Below are positions 51,861 through 62,968 of a stretch of 64,000 nucleotides of DNA, in pieces (within the stretch, counting starts at the first letter, position 1; each line of letters begins with the position of its first letter). The notes beneath the pieces were generated by a model. It saw only the letters and a list, made by a program, of their open reading frames with translations, was not told the origin of the DNA and did not search any database. Source of the DNA: Haplodiscus bocki (lineage: Eukaryota); the NCBI GenBank assembly GCA_965655095.1, contig OZ296655.1, positions 56,420,001 to 56,484,000 of the forward strand, read 5' to 3'. The translations under genes and the position numbers were made by a program.

Positions 51861-54800
51861 TTAACAGTCCCATGGTATACTTTTAATATTATTTATATAA
51901 CATCGTTTATCATCAAACAATGATAGTGTAGATTTTTTTACCTCTTGAAGAACCATTTCATGATTAATTGATCTTATAATATAATTATTACATTCTCTTT
52001 GATATTCTTTACAAAATAAACAATTGTAATATTCTTCAAATTTATTATGTTTTGATTGAGATTTTGAAACTCCTTTTATTTTATTTTTATCCTCTTTATT
52101 ATCTTTACATTTAAACGAATATGCCTTTGATCTTAAACAAACAAATTCATCAATCCAAATATTTTTAGGAGTTTCTATTTTGAATTTACCAATTACTTTT
52201 TTGTTTTTATTACTGAATAATTCATGATTTTCATCTAAGTTACTGAAATCAAAATTATTTTCTGAATTTTTAAAATCTTTGATAATGTCTTTTGTTTTCA
52301 TACTTAAAACAAATGAATCAGTATTATGAACTATCAATGGAAAACCACAATTAAAATCATGTGTTTCTGTTTCAATATCATAAACATAGTCATTATGTTT
52401 TCCAATGTTTATAATTTTATGAACTTTTTTATCACTTATTTTATTTACAGTATTTAAATGGAAAACATTAAATTTATCATTTCTAATACCAATATAAGTT
52501 TTTAATCCTAATGATTGACAAAGATATTTCAAACCAGATATTGTAATCTTATTTTTTTGTGTTATAGAAATATTTTTACATTTATTTATGACCATCAGCT
52601 GCATAAAATCCAATGAAGAACCATTTTCTATTCTCAAGTGATTCGTTTAATATTTCATTTGGGATTCTTTTTTCTTTATCTTTAGTATAAAATTTATCAA
52701 ATTCTAAGGCTAAGTTTTTTCTGCCAGATATTATTCTATATACCTGACTACTTTCCCTAACATCATTTGTTTTAAAATTTATATCATTCCAAATGTCTTT
52801 ACAAAATCTTTGTAGTTTCTGAATTACGTTAAAATCCTGATTATTCAAATGCCAACAATACTTTATTGTATTATATTTGTAAATTCCAGAACTACCATCT
52901 CCTAAAAAGAAGCCTTTGACAAACATTTCTTTTTCTCTCAAAGTTTCCCGTTCGATGTTATAAATTTTATTAATAATTTCATCAAAAGTAATTTGTGGTT
53001 CGTTGAAGTTCATGAAATTATGTAATAATTCTTCACCTATTTCTAAATCAGATGGTTTAATAATTTCTCTATCTACGCCTATCAAACTATGATCTTCTGT
53101 CACATCAACAACAGCATGTTTTGTTCTTATTCGATAAATATTTTTTTCAGTTTTATGTCTAACTAATTTTTTGATATTTTGCCATCCATTACTTGTCCAT
53201 ATTTGAAAGTTATTACAATCGGCAAATTCTTTATACCCCCAAGAAGTAAGTATATTTTCATTTACATACCAATCTTCTTCATCAACAATTTCATCAATTC
53301 TCAAAATTTTAATATTTTCATTTTCTTTTAACAGAATTGGGGTGTCTTTTGTTACACTATCCATATAATGACATTGTAGAATTTCTTGACCAAAATATGG
53401 TTGTAATGTATCATAATATGTTTCATACATGTGTAATTTACTCAATTCTAATATAGCAAAACCAACATATATAGCTTTATCCATAACTACTTCGTTTTTA
53501 TTGAATGTATAACTATCATAGTTTTCATAAGATTTTTGAATACCATTGAATGTTAATTTTGATTGTTGTTTAACAATTTTTTTAATGTCACCTTTTTTAA
53601 TTAATTCTAATCCTAAACGTTTGCGAACATTTTCTAAAAATTTACCAAAAGCAGCGTTATTAAGCAATTTAAAGAAGTCTTTTTCGAATTCATTTTTAGC
53701 TTTGTTTCGTTTTTGTGTATTAAAACTAATATAACCTTCCAACCATTTACTCTGTTTAAATGATATTATTTCATGAATTTTTACAACTATCATACCATGT
53801 CTAACATAAAATTTTAACATTCTATAATGAACCAGATACTTTTTCTTATCAGACCAATCACATATCAACTTTTTCGATTTTGTATAATTTTCTGGTTTTA
53901 TACTTTTCATATATTCATTATATTTATTTGGATCTATTTTTTTATTCTCTGGACAAAACGGAAAATATTTGGTTTTTTGTTTTATATTATCAGGATATTT
54001 TAGATCGATTTCAAGAAAATAACCAATTTCACTATCATCTGGTGTATTTAAAATTATATCTAACCATTTCCAATATTTATCAGGATGACCATGCCACATC
54101 TCGATTTCATCATAAGGTAAAAATTGACTCATTGAATGGCCATATAAATTAGTAGCATCTATATATAAAATCTTTTTATTTCCATCTGATTTAACATAAC
54201 GATCTCCCATAACACCTGATATACCTCCACGAATACCATCTTCTATTAATAAAATCAAATCCTTATCTTGTAGTGTTTGTAATTTAATATTAGTATATTT
54301 CAAAGCACATTGATAAGTATAACCAGGTAAACTTACACAATATAAAGGATTAATACCATATTCTTTAGTAGATACTTTTACAAATTTTTCAAAAACATCA
54401 GCTAATAAAATAACATCACTTTTACAATATAATTTAGTTAATTGTTCTCCATTTTTGATATTAAATAGTTTTATAATTTCTCTTGTTCGCTCTATTTCGT
54501 CATCATCAGGATAATCATTTTTTAATTTATTGAAGAAGTCTTCTTTATTTAAATTATTAACAGGTTTTTTATAATCATCAATACTATTGAAATATTGATA
54601 TGGGTATGCTAATTTTTTATTGAGATATTGCCATTTGTCAGGAAATTCTTTTTTCAATATTTTAAAATCATCTTCATCTAAATTTTTTACTAGTTTATCC
54701 AAACTCTCTGATAAGAAACGATAACTATCAATAAATCTAATACAACCATATTTAACTGAAATATATTCTTCGTTTGTTTTAGGTATAATTTTAAATTTTA

Positions 54801-56568
54801 CTTTATCTTTTTTTAAATCAACTAATTTTTTAAAGAACATATGACAATCGTAATTACTAAAATTATGAAAAGCAAATGGTATAAAATTACTATCTTTCTG
54901 TTTAACGTTTATATTACAAGTGTTATGAGCAGCTCCTCTGTATTTACCAGTCAAATGGCAATGATCACGAACTTTATCAGATAATATTTCTTTTTCACAA
55001 AATCGGCATATGTTATTGTTTTTAAAATATTCTTCATCTTCTTGTGTCATAATGATATCTTTCTTAGTTTCTTTAAAATAGAAAGCCATTTTATTTTCTA
55101 ATTTTATTACTTCTTTAACAAACCAATCAACATTATCATATCCTAGAGGAGATTTGTAATATCCACTTTTCAAAACATCTTCTAATTCAGATATTATATA
55201 ATAACCATTAAGTACAGGTTTTTGTTTGTAAATATTAGTTGTTTTGTTTCCTATCTTAGTATTATCTTTTTCATTATCAGCTTCGAAATCGGCAATTATT
55301 CTAAAATAAAGTTTGTTTTTATGAAAATGTTTTTTCCAATAAAGATGTGATTCATTCGATGTTCTGATAGTACATATGTTATCTTCTCCATATTTATCTT
55401 TATGATTTATCAAAGCATTTTCACAAGTATAAGAATTTAAACAACGTCTACATACAAAACTTTTGTGATGATCTCCTAAAAATACATGTAGTTTTTTAAT
55501 GAGAGCATAATGATTTTTATAAATTAATAAGTCAATAACTTTATCTGAACCATTTTCACTGATTTCTATAGGTATTAACTTATAATTCCATTTTTTTCCA
55601 TCTTGATAAAAGTTTAATTCATATATATTTACAGATAAATTATTTAGTTCATTAAATCTGTGAACATCACTACATTTAAAACCATTTGTAAATTCAAAAC
55701 TTTGAAAGTTTAATTCATTAAAATAATGTAAATAATTGTTTACTCTTGATGGATGGGTATTTTCACAAGGATAAAGACTAGCTAAAATTGACCAAATAAA
55801 ACAATATTTATCATTATTTTGAATATTTATGATAGCATTTGTTCTCAACGGAATTTTAACATAAGAAGTACCATTTAATTCTTCAGTTTTATAAAATGAT
55901 TTTTTCATTGAATTAATTTTATCAAGTATCCAACCTGATTCTTTTGTTTCTTGAACTTGAATTTGGTGTTCTAATTGAGATCTAACATCAATGTTATCAA
56001 TATCAGATTCTGTTAAATTATGATTAATTTTTAAGTTTATATATAATTCAATTTCATTATCTCTAAAATCATATTCGTTAATTTTATAAAAGCTAGCTGA
56101 AAATAATGTGTGATATTTAAATTTATATTGATTTATTAATCTAGCATAAATAACAGATAACTCTTTTACGATTTTATTAATATATCTAAAATCAATACCA
56201 ATGTCTGGATATTTACATGTAATAGTCAAAATAGAATTTGCATGACTAATATTATGACTTTCTAAATTAATATTGAATCCATTTTGTAAATTATTATCAA
56301 TAAAATAATATGGATTAATCATTATTTTAGCTAATTCTTTAACATCCAATTTAATTTTTTCTCTTGCTAATTGTTTTAATGTTTTAGGGTTATATAGTTT
56401 TTGTATTTTTTTCTTAATAGGTGTTCGCTCTTCCTTAAAAAACCATTCTGGTATAATCATTTCATTTCGGTTTATATTTTCTAAATGTTTTTTGCTTCTC
56501 AAATGTTTTGGCATAGATGCTCTGTGAACATTAACATTACAAATTTCACATGTGTGGCTGTTTTCCAT
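51861..56568 (-). pseudogene. polB: Protein-primed family B DNA polymerase precursor with intein, interrupted by one frameshift at ~52584 (ORFs 52582-56568 and 51861-52637)
   Basis: N-terminal C2H2 finger, ExoI IIADFE, EndoVII-like CRFC...RDHCHLTGKYRGAAHNTCN, ExoII HNFSNYD, ExoIII YCKSD, motif A YIDATNLYG, motif B KLLNNAAFGK. Motif C is split as YMD|intein|TDS; then GKFKIE, LRSKAY, KGV and DDKR. The repaired, spliced product would be ~1223 aa. Confidence 0.95.
52323..53358 (-). mobile_element. Intein (~345 aa) with LAGLIDADG homing endonuclease at the pol-c site
   Basis: Block A SVTKDTPILL, block B VTEDHSL, endonuclease motifs VKGFFLGDGS and FIGFYAADG, block F YVYDIET, block G IVHN followed by Thr+1. 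Length 1036 nt (3n+1) owing to the frameshift. Confidence 0.95.
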
Positions 56569-56665
56569 TTTGCGTCCTATTTATATAGTATTATTTTATT
56601 GGAATAAAAACACTTCAATTAAAAATATAATAAATTAAAATCACTCGTATGTTTACAAATTATAA

Positions 56666-57517
56666 ATGACTCAGAAAAATATTAAAATATTTATTAACGA
56701 AATATATTCCAAAGCACCGAAAAAGAATTATATTACAAACAAAACAGACGTGTACTGTAATGACGACATATGGTCTTTAGATATTCTCGATCTCAAAGAT
56801 TATGGTCCTGAAAACAATAGAGGATATAGATATGTCCTTGTCACCATAGACAATTTTTCAAAATTTGGTTGGACAACTCCTTTAAAAAATAAAAATGCTT
56901 TAATAATAAAAGACTCTTTCGAAAATATTTTATTAAGTTCAAAAAGAAAACCAAATTTAATTGAGGCAGACAGAGGTAAAGAATTTTATAATAATATTTT
57001 TCAAGACTTTTTAAATAAAAACGATATCAAACTCTATTCTAGAAATAGTTCATATGGTGCTGTTTTTGCTGAAAGATTTAATAGAACAATCAGAGACCTT
57101 CTTAAAAAGATCGTTTTCGAACATGGTGTTGCAAATTGGATTGATGTATTAACTACAATAACAAAACAATATAATAATCGAATACATTCATCAACAAAAT
57201 TATCTCCAAAAGATGCTTCTTTAAAAAAGAACGAAGGATTTGTTTACAAAAATTTATTAGATAAACGTAAAAAAGTAATACCAAAGTTTCAAATAAACGA
57301 TCTTGTTCGAGTTGCTGATTTAAAGAAAACGTTTTCGAAATCGGATACGACTAATTGGTCCTACAAATTATATAAAATTACAGAAATAATCAATGATACA
57401 ATACCAGCCTATAAAATCGATAATTTATCAGAAAGATATAACGAATCATTATTAAAAAAGACTGATTTAACATTAAAAGAATACAATAGTGTGATGAAAA
57501 AATTAAATATTACTTAG
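56666..57517 (+). CDS. int: Retroviral-like (rve) DDE integrase, 283 aa
   Basis: WSLDILD, LVTIDNFSKFGW, IEADRGKEFYN and AERFNRTIR motifs; C-terminal FQINDLVR..NWS..LYKI SH3-like region; no chromodomain. The stop overlaps the MCP stop. Confidence 0.95.
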   Translation: MTQKNIKIFINEIYSKAPKKNYITNKTDVYCNDDIWSLDILDLKDYGPENNRGYRYVLVTIDNFSKFGWTTPLKNKNALIIKDSFENILLSSKRKPNLIEADRGKEFYNNIFQDFLNKNDIKLYSRNSSYGAVFAERFNRTIRDLLKKIVFEHGVANWIDVLTTITKQYNNRIHSSTKLSPKDASLKKNEGFVYKNLLDKRKKVIPKFQINDLVRVADLKKTFSKSDTTNWSYKLYKITEIINDTIPAYKIDNLSERYNESLLKKTDLTLKEYNSVMKKLNIT

Positions 57518-58764
57518 ATCAAATGAAACATCCGCTGACCATCACTGGTTATGCTAACCAATCTATTTGTCAAAACTAAAGCATATCCATATATCCCAGC
57601 AACAATATTTTCTGAAAATTTAAATTCTACTTTGACAGGTTGCGCGTTTTCAAAATTTTTCTGATATCGTATATCGAAAGCATATATATTATAACCAATA
57701 TTATTATCTTCATTAGAAGATCTAAAATCATTTTCAGATATATATGGTTGTAATATGTCATCTTTTGTTAAAGCTCTGAGAGCTTCTTTTATTTGACTAT
57801 ATCCTTGACTATAATTATCATCATCATAATTTAATAAAATACTAGAATCAGGATACCTTTCTGTTCCGATAACAACTTGAGCAGATGTCACTGGAAGTCT
57901 GACAAAAGTATCATTGTTTAAATTTTGATCATGTTGTCTTTCATTTTGTTGAAAATCTACAAATATCCATGTTGGAATGTTAATACCTTCTTGTGTCCCC
58001 AATTCAAAAGTCCAAAAATTTTGAGTATTTACTTCTTTCATAAAAACAGATCTTTCAGAATATTGAATTTGTGTAGATGTTTTGTTTAAAATTTGTTTAG
58101 ATAATATACTTTGTTGTTGTATTGAAGGAGTATAATGGGGTACATACCATTCTATAGCATTAATTTTTATTTTACCAATATTAATTGCATTACATTTATT
58201 CAAAACGGTGTTGTCAGTATTTCTTGTCAATGTTAATTTGTAGCCAAGACCATATGTAGCTTTTTCTTGATATTCAGCGAAGCCAAAAACATCTTTTATA
58301 TAAATCCTAACATGATATTTTCCTTTTATATTTTTGTTATTAGTTAATTCATTTCTTCTTCTTGTCCGATCTCTATCAAAACCAATAGACAAATCATCAG
58401 ATCCTTTACTTGATGTTAAAAGTTTATACATTAATGATACTATATGACTGTGATCAATATTTTCTAGGTGTTTTCCAGAACTAGTTGTTAGCTTATAATT
58501 ACTAAATAAAGCAATAGGACCCAAATTAACTAATCTAATATCATTATCGTTTGCATATCTGTTATTAGTACGAGCATGTAATACATCAAAATTTAATTCA
58601 AGATAACTATTTAACAATGAAATAACACTATCTTCTCTAGGTATGTTAATATATACTTGTGAATTAGTAGTATTTATTGCGCTTATTTCAGATGGGCTGT
58701 ATCGTATATAATCACATTTTAAAATGTCTCTGTTAATTTCATATTTCTCACTTAGTTTGAACAT
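57514..58764 (-). CDS. Double jelly-roll major capsid protein (hexon-like), 416 aa
   Basis: Size, beta-rich composition and Polinton MCP-like segments (INIPREDS..SYLELNFDV, LFSNYKL..SGKHLE, IEWYVPHYTPS, ERYP, IYAFDIRYQ). Position within the Maverick. Confidence 0.8.
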   Translation of the reverse strand: MFKLSEKYEINRDILKCDYIRYSPSEISAINTTNSQVYINIPREDSVISLLNSYLELNFDVLHARTNNRYANDNDIRLVNLGPIALFSNYKLTTSSGKHLENIDHSHIVSLMYKLLTSSKGSDDLSIGFDRDRTRRRNELTNNKNIKGKYHVRIYIKDVFGFAEYQEKATYGLGYKLTLTRNTDNTVLNKCNAINIGKIKINAIEWYVPHYTPSIQQQSILSKQILNKTSTQIQYSERSVFMKEVNTQNFWTFELGTQEGINIPTWIFVDFQQNERQHDQNLNNDTFVRLPVTSAQVVIGTERYPDSSILLNYDDDNYSQGYSQIKEALRALTKDDILQPYISENDFRSSNEDNNIGYNIYAFDIRYQKNFENAQPVKVEFKFSENIVAGIYGYALVLTNRLVSITSDGQRMFHLI

Positions 58765-58794
58765 TTAAAAGGTAAAAAAATATAATAACACATA

Positions 58795-59040
58795 CACTTA
58801 TATGAGAATTTATACTAAACTTTAACAGATTTTAAAAAACAGTTATACTCATATACAAGTATGTATACTAAATATAATTACTCTCATCATACTCATATAA
58901 AAACATCATACTCATATATAAGTATGTATACTAAATATAATTACGCTTATAAGACCACAATAAAAATATCATACTCATATATAAGTATGTATACTAAATA
59001 TAATTACACATATTAGAGTATAATTGTTATAAGAGTATAA
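58795..59040. promoter_or_regulatory. Tandem ~63-bp repeats upstream of the MCP gene
   Basis: atactcatata(c/t)aagtatgtatactaaatataatta x3. The core is also found upstream of the penton-like gene. Confidence 0.5.
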
Positions 59041-59043
59041 TAT

Positions 59044-59901
59044 TTATTTCTGTAATAGATCACATTTAAGTGAAATTTGTTTATGTTCTTTTTTAGATAT
59101 GCATCTGTATTCTAATAATTTATCAACTATAGCAACAATTTCTTCGTTAATTATATCAGAATTATTTCCAGCATTTTTCTCTTGTAATAATAATTTTAAT
59201 CTATCACATAATTCGTTTGGATCAGATGATAAAAATATTGTTTTTGAAATACCTGAAGCAGAAACAATTAAACCTGGTGATTTTAATAATTTTATAAGAG
59301 TTTTATCTCGAGTAGGTTTTTTGCCTACGGCATTCATATCAAAATGCATTTCTTTTGCAAAATCATACATCAATTTTTTATTCGCTAAACTAGCATGATC
59401 AACGTTATAGTCCTTATTAGTTATCATTTCCAAAAGATCTCCTGTTAATTCAAAGTGTTTATTTGTATCACGAAAAGTTAACATATTACCATATAAAGTG
59501 ATTGGTATTTTATTTTTCATTAACAAATCGTTTACTCTATTCGAGTTATGATCTTTTACTAATTTAAATTGACTTTTGTTTTCTGGATTGGTTATTTTAG
59601 ATAAAGGAGACATTAAATACGTTGCTAATATACCTCTATCGTTCATTATTTCTAAAAGATTATTATTTATATTCTCTAATGCTAGGTTGTTTTTAATACA
59701 AGTTTCTGTTATAGCTTTTGTTATATTTTCAGAAGTATTTTCAAGTTATTTGGTAACTGGTTCAAATACTTTTTTTATATCTTCATGAAAATTCTGTTCA
59801 CCTAATTTGTCTTGTAATTTAACAACTTTTACTTGATTTTGTAATGAAACCAAGTCTTCTAATTTTTCTAAATCTTCTCTATCTTTTATTGAATATAACA
59901 T
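59044..59901 (-). pseudogene. Conserved Polinton protein (~285 aa) with an in-frame nonsense at 59746-59748
   Basis: ATG at 59901 is in frame with ORF 59044-59646: MLYSIKDREDLEKLEDL...KKVFEPVTK*LENTSEN. The C-terminal SDPNELCDRLKLLLQEKNAGN motif is typical of Polinton ORFs. Confidence 0.75.
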
Positions 59902-59955
59902 TTAAAATATTGTAAATATGAATGTTTACAGAAAATGTGAATGTGATATATGTTT

Positions 59956-60714
59956 TTAAAAAGGTTTTGTTTGAGGTGTTGCTTCTAAGTATGTGTTTTT
60001 ACTTTCATTACAAATGCAATATCTTCCTTGTTCTCTCCTTTTAGACCTATCAATACAAAGATAATTATAATCATCTTCCCATGATTTTCTACATAATTCT
60101 GTAAATTCATTATAATCCATATCATAACCTGCGACATCTCTATATATATGTTCAATATCTTTTAACGTTTGATTAAACAAAATTATTCTATTACTATTAT
60201 TTCGTATCGTTCTCTTTGGTAAATCAAAATAGGATTGTGATAAATAATATATATCTAGATTATTGTGTCGTCCTCTAATAAAAAATTGGTCTATAAATCT
60301 ACTATTTGTTGAACCTAAAATATCATCAAAAACTATGATACCATTTTCATATTCGTTTAGAGGTTTAATTTCATCGCTTATTTCTTTAATTTTTATTTTA
60401 GAATTGGTATACTGTTCTGGGGGTGATTTAGTGATTATATAAATATCTCTGTCTGATATACGTGAAAGAATTTTTAACATCAAATAAGTTTTACCTGAAA
60501 AACTGGGTCCAACCAATAATGTTCGATTGTTATTGTTATTTTTATTTATTGATTGTTTTGGTGTATTAACGTTTGGTTGATTATGAGGTAAAGTGGTAAT
60601 ATTGTTTTTTCTTTTCTTTTTATTATAACAATCTCTACAAATCGTTCTATCTTTCTTGTAATTATTTATATCTAATTTTATGTTACATGCAGAACAATTT
60701 TTATTCTTATCCAT
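59956..60714 (-). CDS. A32/FtsK-HerA family genome packaging ATPase, 252 aa
   Basis: Walker A GPSFSGKT, Walker B IIVFDD, RGRH, YLSQSYF and IRNN; N-terminal CxxC...CxxC. Confidence 0.92.
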   Translation of the reverse strand: MDKNKNCSACNIKLDINNYKKDRTICRDCYNKKKRKNNITTLPHNQPNVNTPKQSINKNNNNNRTLLVGPSFSGKTYLMLKILSRISDRDIYIITKSPPEQYTNSKIKIKEISDEIKPLNEYENGIIVFDDILGSTNSRFIDQFFIRGRHNNLDIYYLSQSYFDLPKRTIRNNSNRIILFNQTLKDIEHIYRDVAGYDMDYNEFTELCRKSWEDDYNYLCIDRSKRREQGRYCICNESKNTYLEATPQTKPF

Positions 60715-60845
60715 TTAAAATACAAAACAGTTCGTTTTCACATTTACATTGAACAGAACAGATCAACATAAACGTTTTTAAGTTCTAGATTGAAATTTTA
60801 ATTTATTATGACTAAAAAAGTTCAATTTTATTTTTATATTCATAT

Positions 60846-61379
60846 TTATAAAAAAGATTCATTTTTATTTTCGTCGACATATTTAGTAAAAATATTACAT
60901 AGACTTTCATATTCAGTTTTATCAATTACATTATCTTGTAAAGATTTTCTGTATAATTTATCAAAAGATTTAATAGTGTTTTGATCTCTTTCATATTGTT
61001 TTTTATGTTTATTGTATTTGTTTATAATTACTTTATGTAAAATTTTGTTACCTAATGATAAAGCACAAGCAATACCAGCTGATATTGGTAAAATAATCAA
61101 TCCTATACCTGTAATTGATAGAGTTATCGAAGTTGACGTTGCTCCGATGTTTACGATACTATCTACTGATTCTAATACTGTGTTTAAAGTTTGGTAATTT
61201 TTATATTTCTTTTTTGATTTATTGTTTTTGTCTTTGAAATAAGTTATCATTTCTTTAATGTTGTTGATGTGGTTATTAAAACTGTTAATATCATTTATTT
61301 TTTTCTCTAACCGCTTTTCTAAATCAATATTTTCTAATAATGGTGCTGTTGGGTATAATTTATCAATTTTTGCTTCCAT
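60846..61379 (-). CDS. Coiled-coil plus hydrophobic hairpin membrane protein, 177 aa
   Basis: Gly/Ser/Ala-rich hydrophobic stretch SIVNIGATSTSITLSITGIGLIILPISAGIACALSLG, flanked by basic helices. Confidence 0.7.
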   Translation of the reverse strand: MEAKIDKLYPTAPLLENIDLEKRLEKKINDINSFNNHINNIKEMITYFKDKNNKSKKKYKNYQTLNTVLESVDSIVNIGATSTSITLSITGIGLIILPISAGIACALSLGNKILHKVIINKYNKHKKQYERDQNTIKSFDKLYRKSLQDNVIDKTEYESLCNIFTKYVDENKNESFL

Positions 61380-61417
61380 TTATATAACATAAAATATAAA
61401 AATACTCTTATATTGGT

Positions 61418-61834
61418 TTACGTAAATCTAGGTAAGTATAAGCCTTTCCCGGTATGATAAAAATTAATCACTTCTGGTAATGATGTCAAAGCTGCTTTCG
61501 GGTTTCGAGAAGCAAATGCAGTACCAACGTTTGCACCAATTTCGAGAGCTCTTCCGGGGTTTTTTGAAACGTTTTTTGCCATCTTTTTTGATACATTTAA
61601 TCCTTTTTTACCTAAGTTTTTACAGAAATCACCAAGACCTTCTGCTTGAATCACATTATCAGAAACAATCATAGATTTTTTTCTATTACAAACCATGCAT
61701 TGTCCAACTAATAATTTAACATCTTTACCGGTTTTTTTATTATTTCGTATTTCTCCAACTATATTTTTTGTGCCTGATTTGTGTCTGCTTCCAACACAAT
61801 AACTATCACTTTGAAATTTTTGAGAACTACTCAT
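61418..61834 (-). CDS. Small basic virion protein: Zn-ribbon-like N-terminus plus amphipathic helix, 138 aa
   Basis: YCVG...GQCMVCNRKKS, then QAEG-LGDFCKNLGKKGLNVSKKMAKN; C-terminal TGKG-LYL. Confidence 0.7.
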   Translation of the reverse strand: MSSSQKFQSDSYCVGSRHKSGTKNIVGEIRNNKKTGKDVKLLVGQCMVCNRKKSMIVSDNVIQAEGLGDFCKNLGKKGLNVSKKMAKNVSKNPGRALEIGANVGTAFASRNPKAALTSLPEVINFYHTGKGLYLPRFT

Positions 61835-61885
61835 TTAAAAGATAAATAAATATAAATAAATATATTTGTATGTAAACATGTTTGT

Positions 61886-62965
61886 TCAAATTTTGATCAT
61901 TTGTAATGTAAAAGTCAACGTTTCTCCATTAAAATTAACTTCTTCTTTATTATCATCTTCTAGATAAAAAGTTATAGTATTCAAAATAGATTTATTCATT
62001 TTTTTATAATGTATTGTTTCTGGTTGACAAAATACTTTGTATCCACTTGGTTTATCTAAAACAAAACTAAACAGAATTGGTTGTCTTACTCCATCTTGAA
62101 TACTACCATCGATAATATCACATTTCAAATGAATTTTATTTATTGTGTTTAAATTTAAAATAATTTTATTACTAGTATAAACACCAGGTTTGTAATCCCA
62201 ATATGGTGTAAAACCCAATAAAGTATGAAAAAAAGATTTCTCATCAAATCTTAAAGTTTCAAAAGTACTACCAAAACGAGTTAAATCAAGTTTAACTTTC
62301 TTGTTTAAATCGTCAAATTCAATTTGTAAGGTTCCTTCATGATCACCAAGAAAATAAACGGCTTTTTGAATATCTTCAATAGTATAGTTACCAGGATCTA
62401 ATTCATAGGTTACAAATTATTCATTGTATTGTTTTAAAATCAATCGAATATTATCTTCTTCTAAACCAACAAAAATCCTAAGATAACTTTCAAAATCTCT
62501 AAATGATGAATTAGTATAACCCGTTAATAATATAATAAAACCATCATGACTTGTTTTATCTGATCTTAATTTCCTATAGGTTTTAGCTATACGAGGAGCT
62601 AATGTTTCATCTTCTAAATGATCGTCTGTGATTTCTGGAATGTTAAGGATTTCTTCAAGTTCATCTTTTAATTCTCGAAATGAAAATTCATCAAAAGTGT
62701 CTGTATAAAGTTCAAATTTGTTATTTTCTTTTGTTATATTAAAAATAGAATTGTATACTTCTAAATCTATCAAACCCAACATCCAGTCTCCTTTAGTTTG
62801 AATTGGTGGATTAAAATGAAATGTTTCTTTTGATTTGAGCATTTTGAATTCGAGTGTTTCTTCTGGTTTTCTATGCGTCTGTTCAATAAGCGTTTCACAA
62901 TTTTTAGTTATTGATAATAATAATTTTTCGGTTTCATTTTTAGGTTGGATCGTATTTAAATTCAT
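61886..62965 (-). pseudogene. Minor capsid (penton-like) protein A, ~359 aa, nonsense at 62417-62419
   Basis: ORFs 62417-62965 and 61886-62218 are in frame, and the sequence between them is open apart from one TAA. Motifs SIFNITKENNKF, GNYTIEDI, LGF, IHLKCDIIDGS...QPILFSF, ITFYLEDD..VNFNGE. Confidence 0.8.
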
Positions 62966-62968
62966 TTA

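Noticed and set aside
53546-61674. Short plus-strand ORFs antisense to Maverick genes (53546, 53880, 59099, 59576, 61012, 61480)
   Set aside because: Shadow ORFs opposite well-supported genes, with no motifs.
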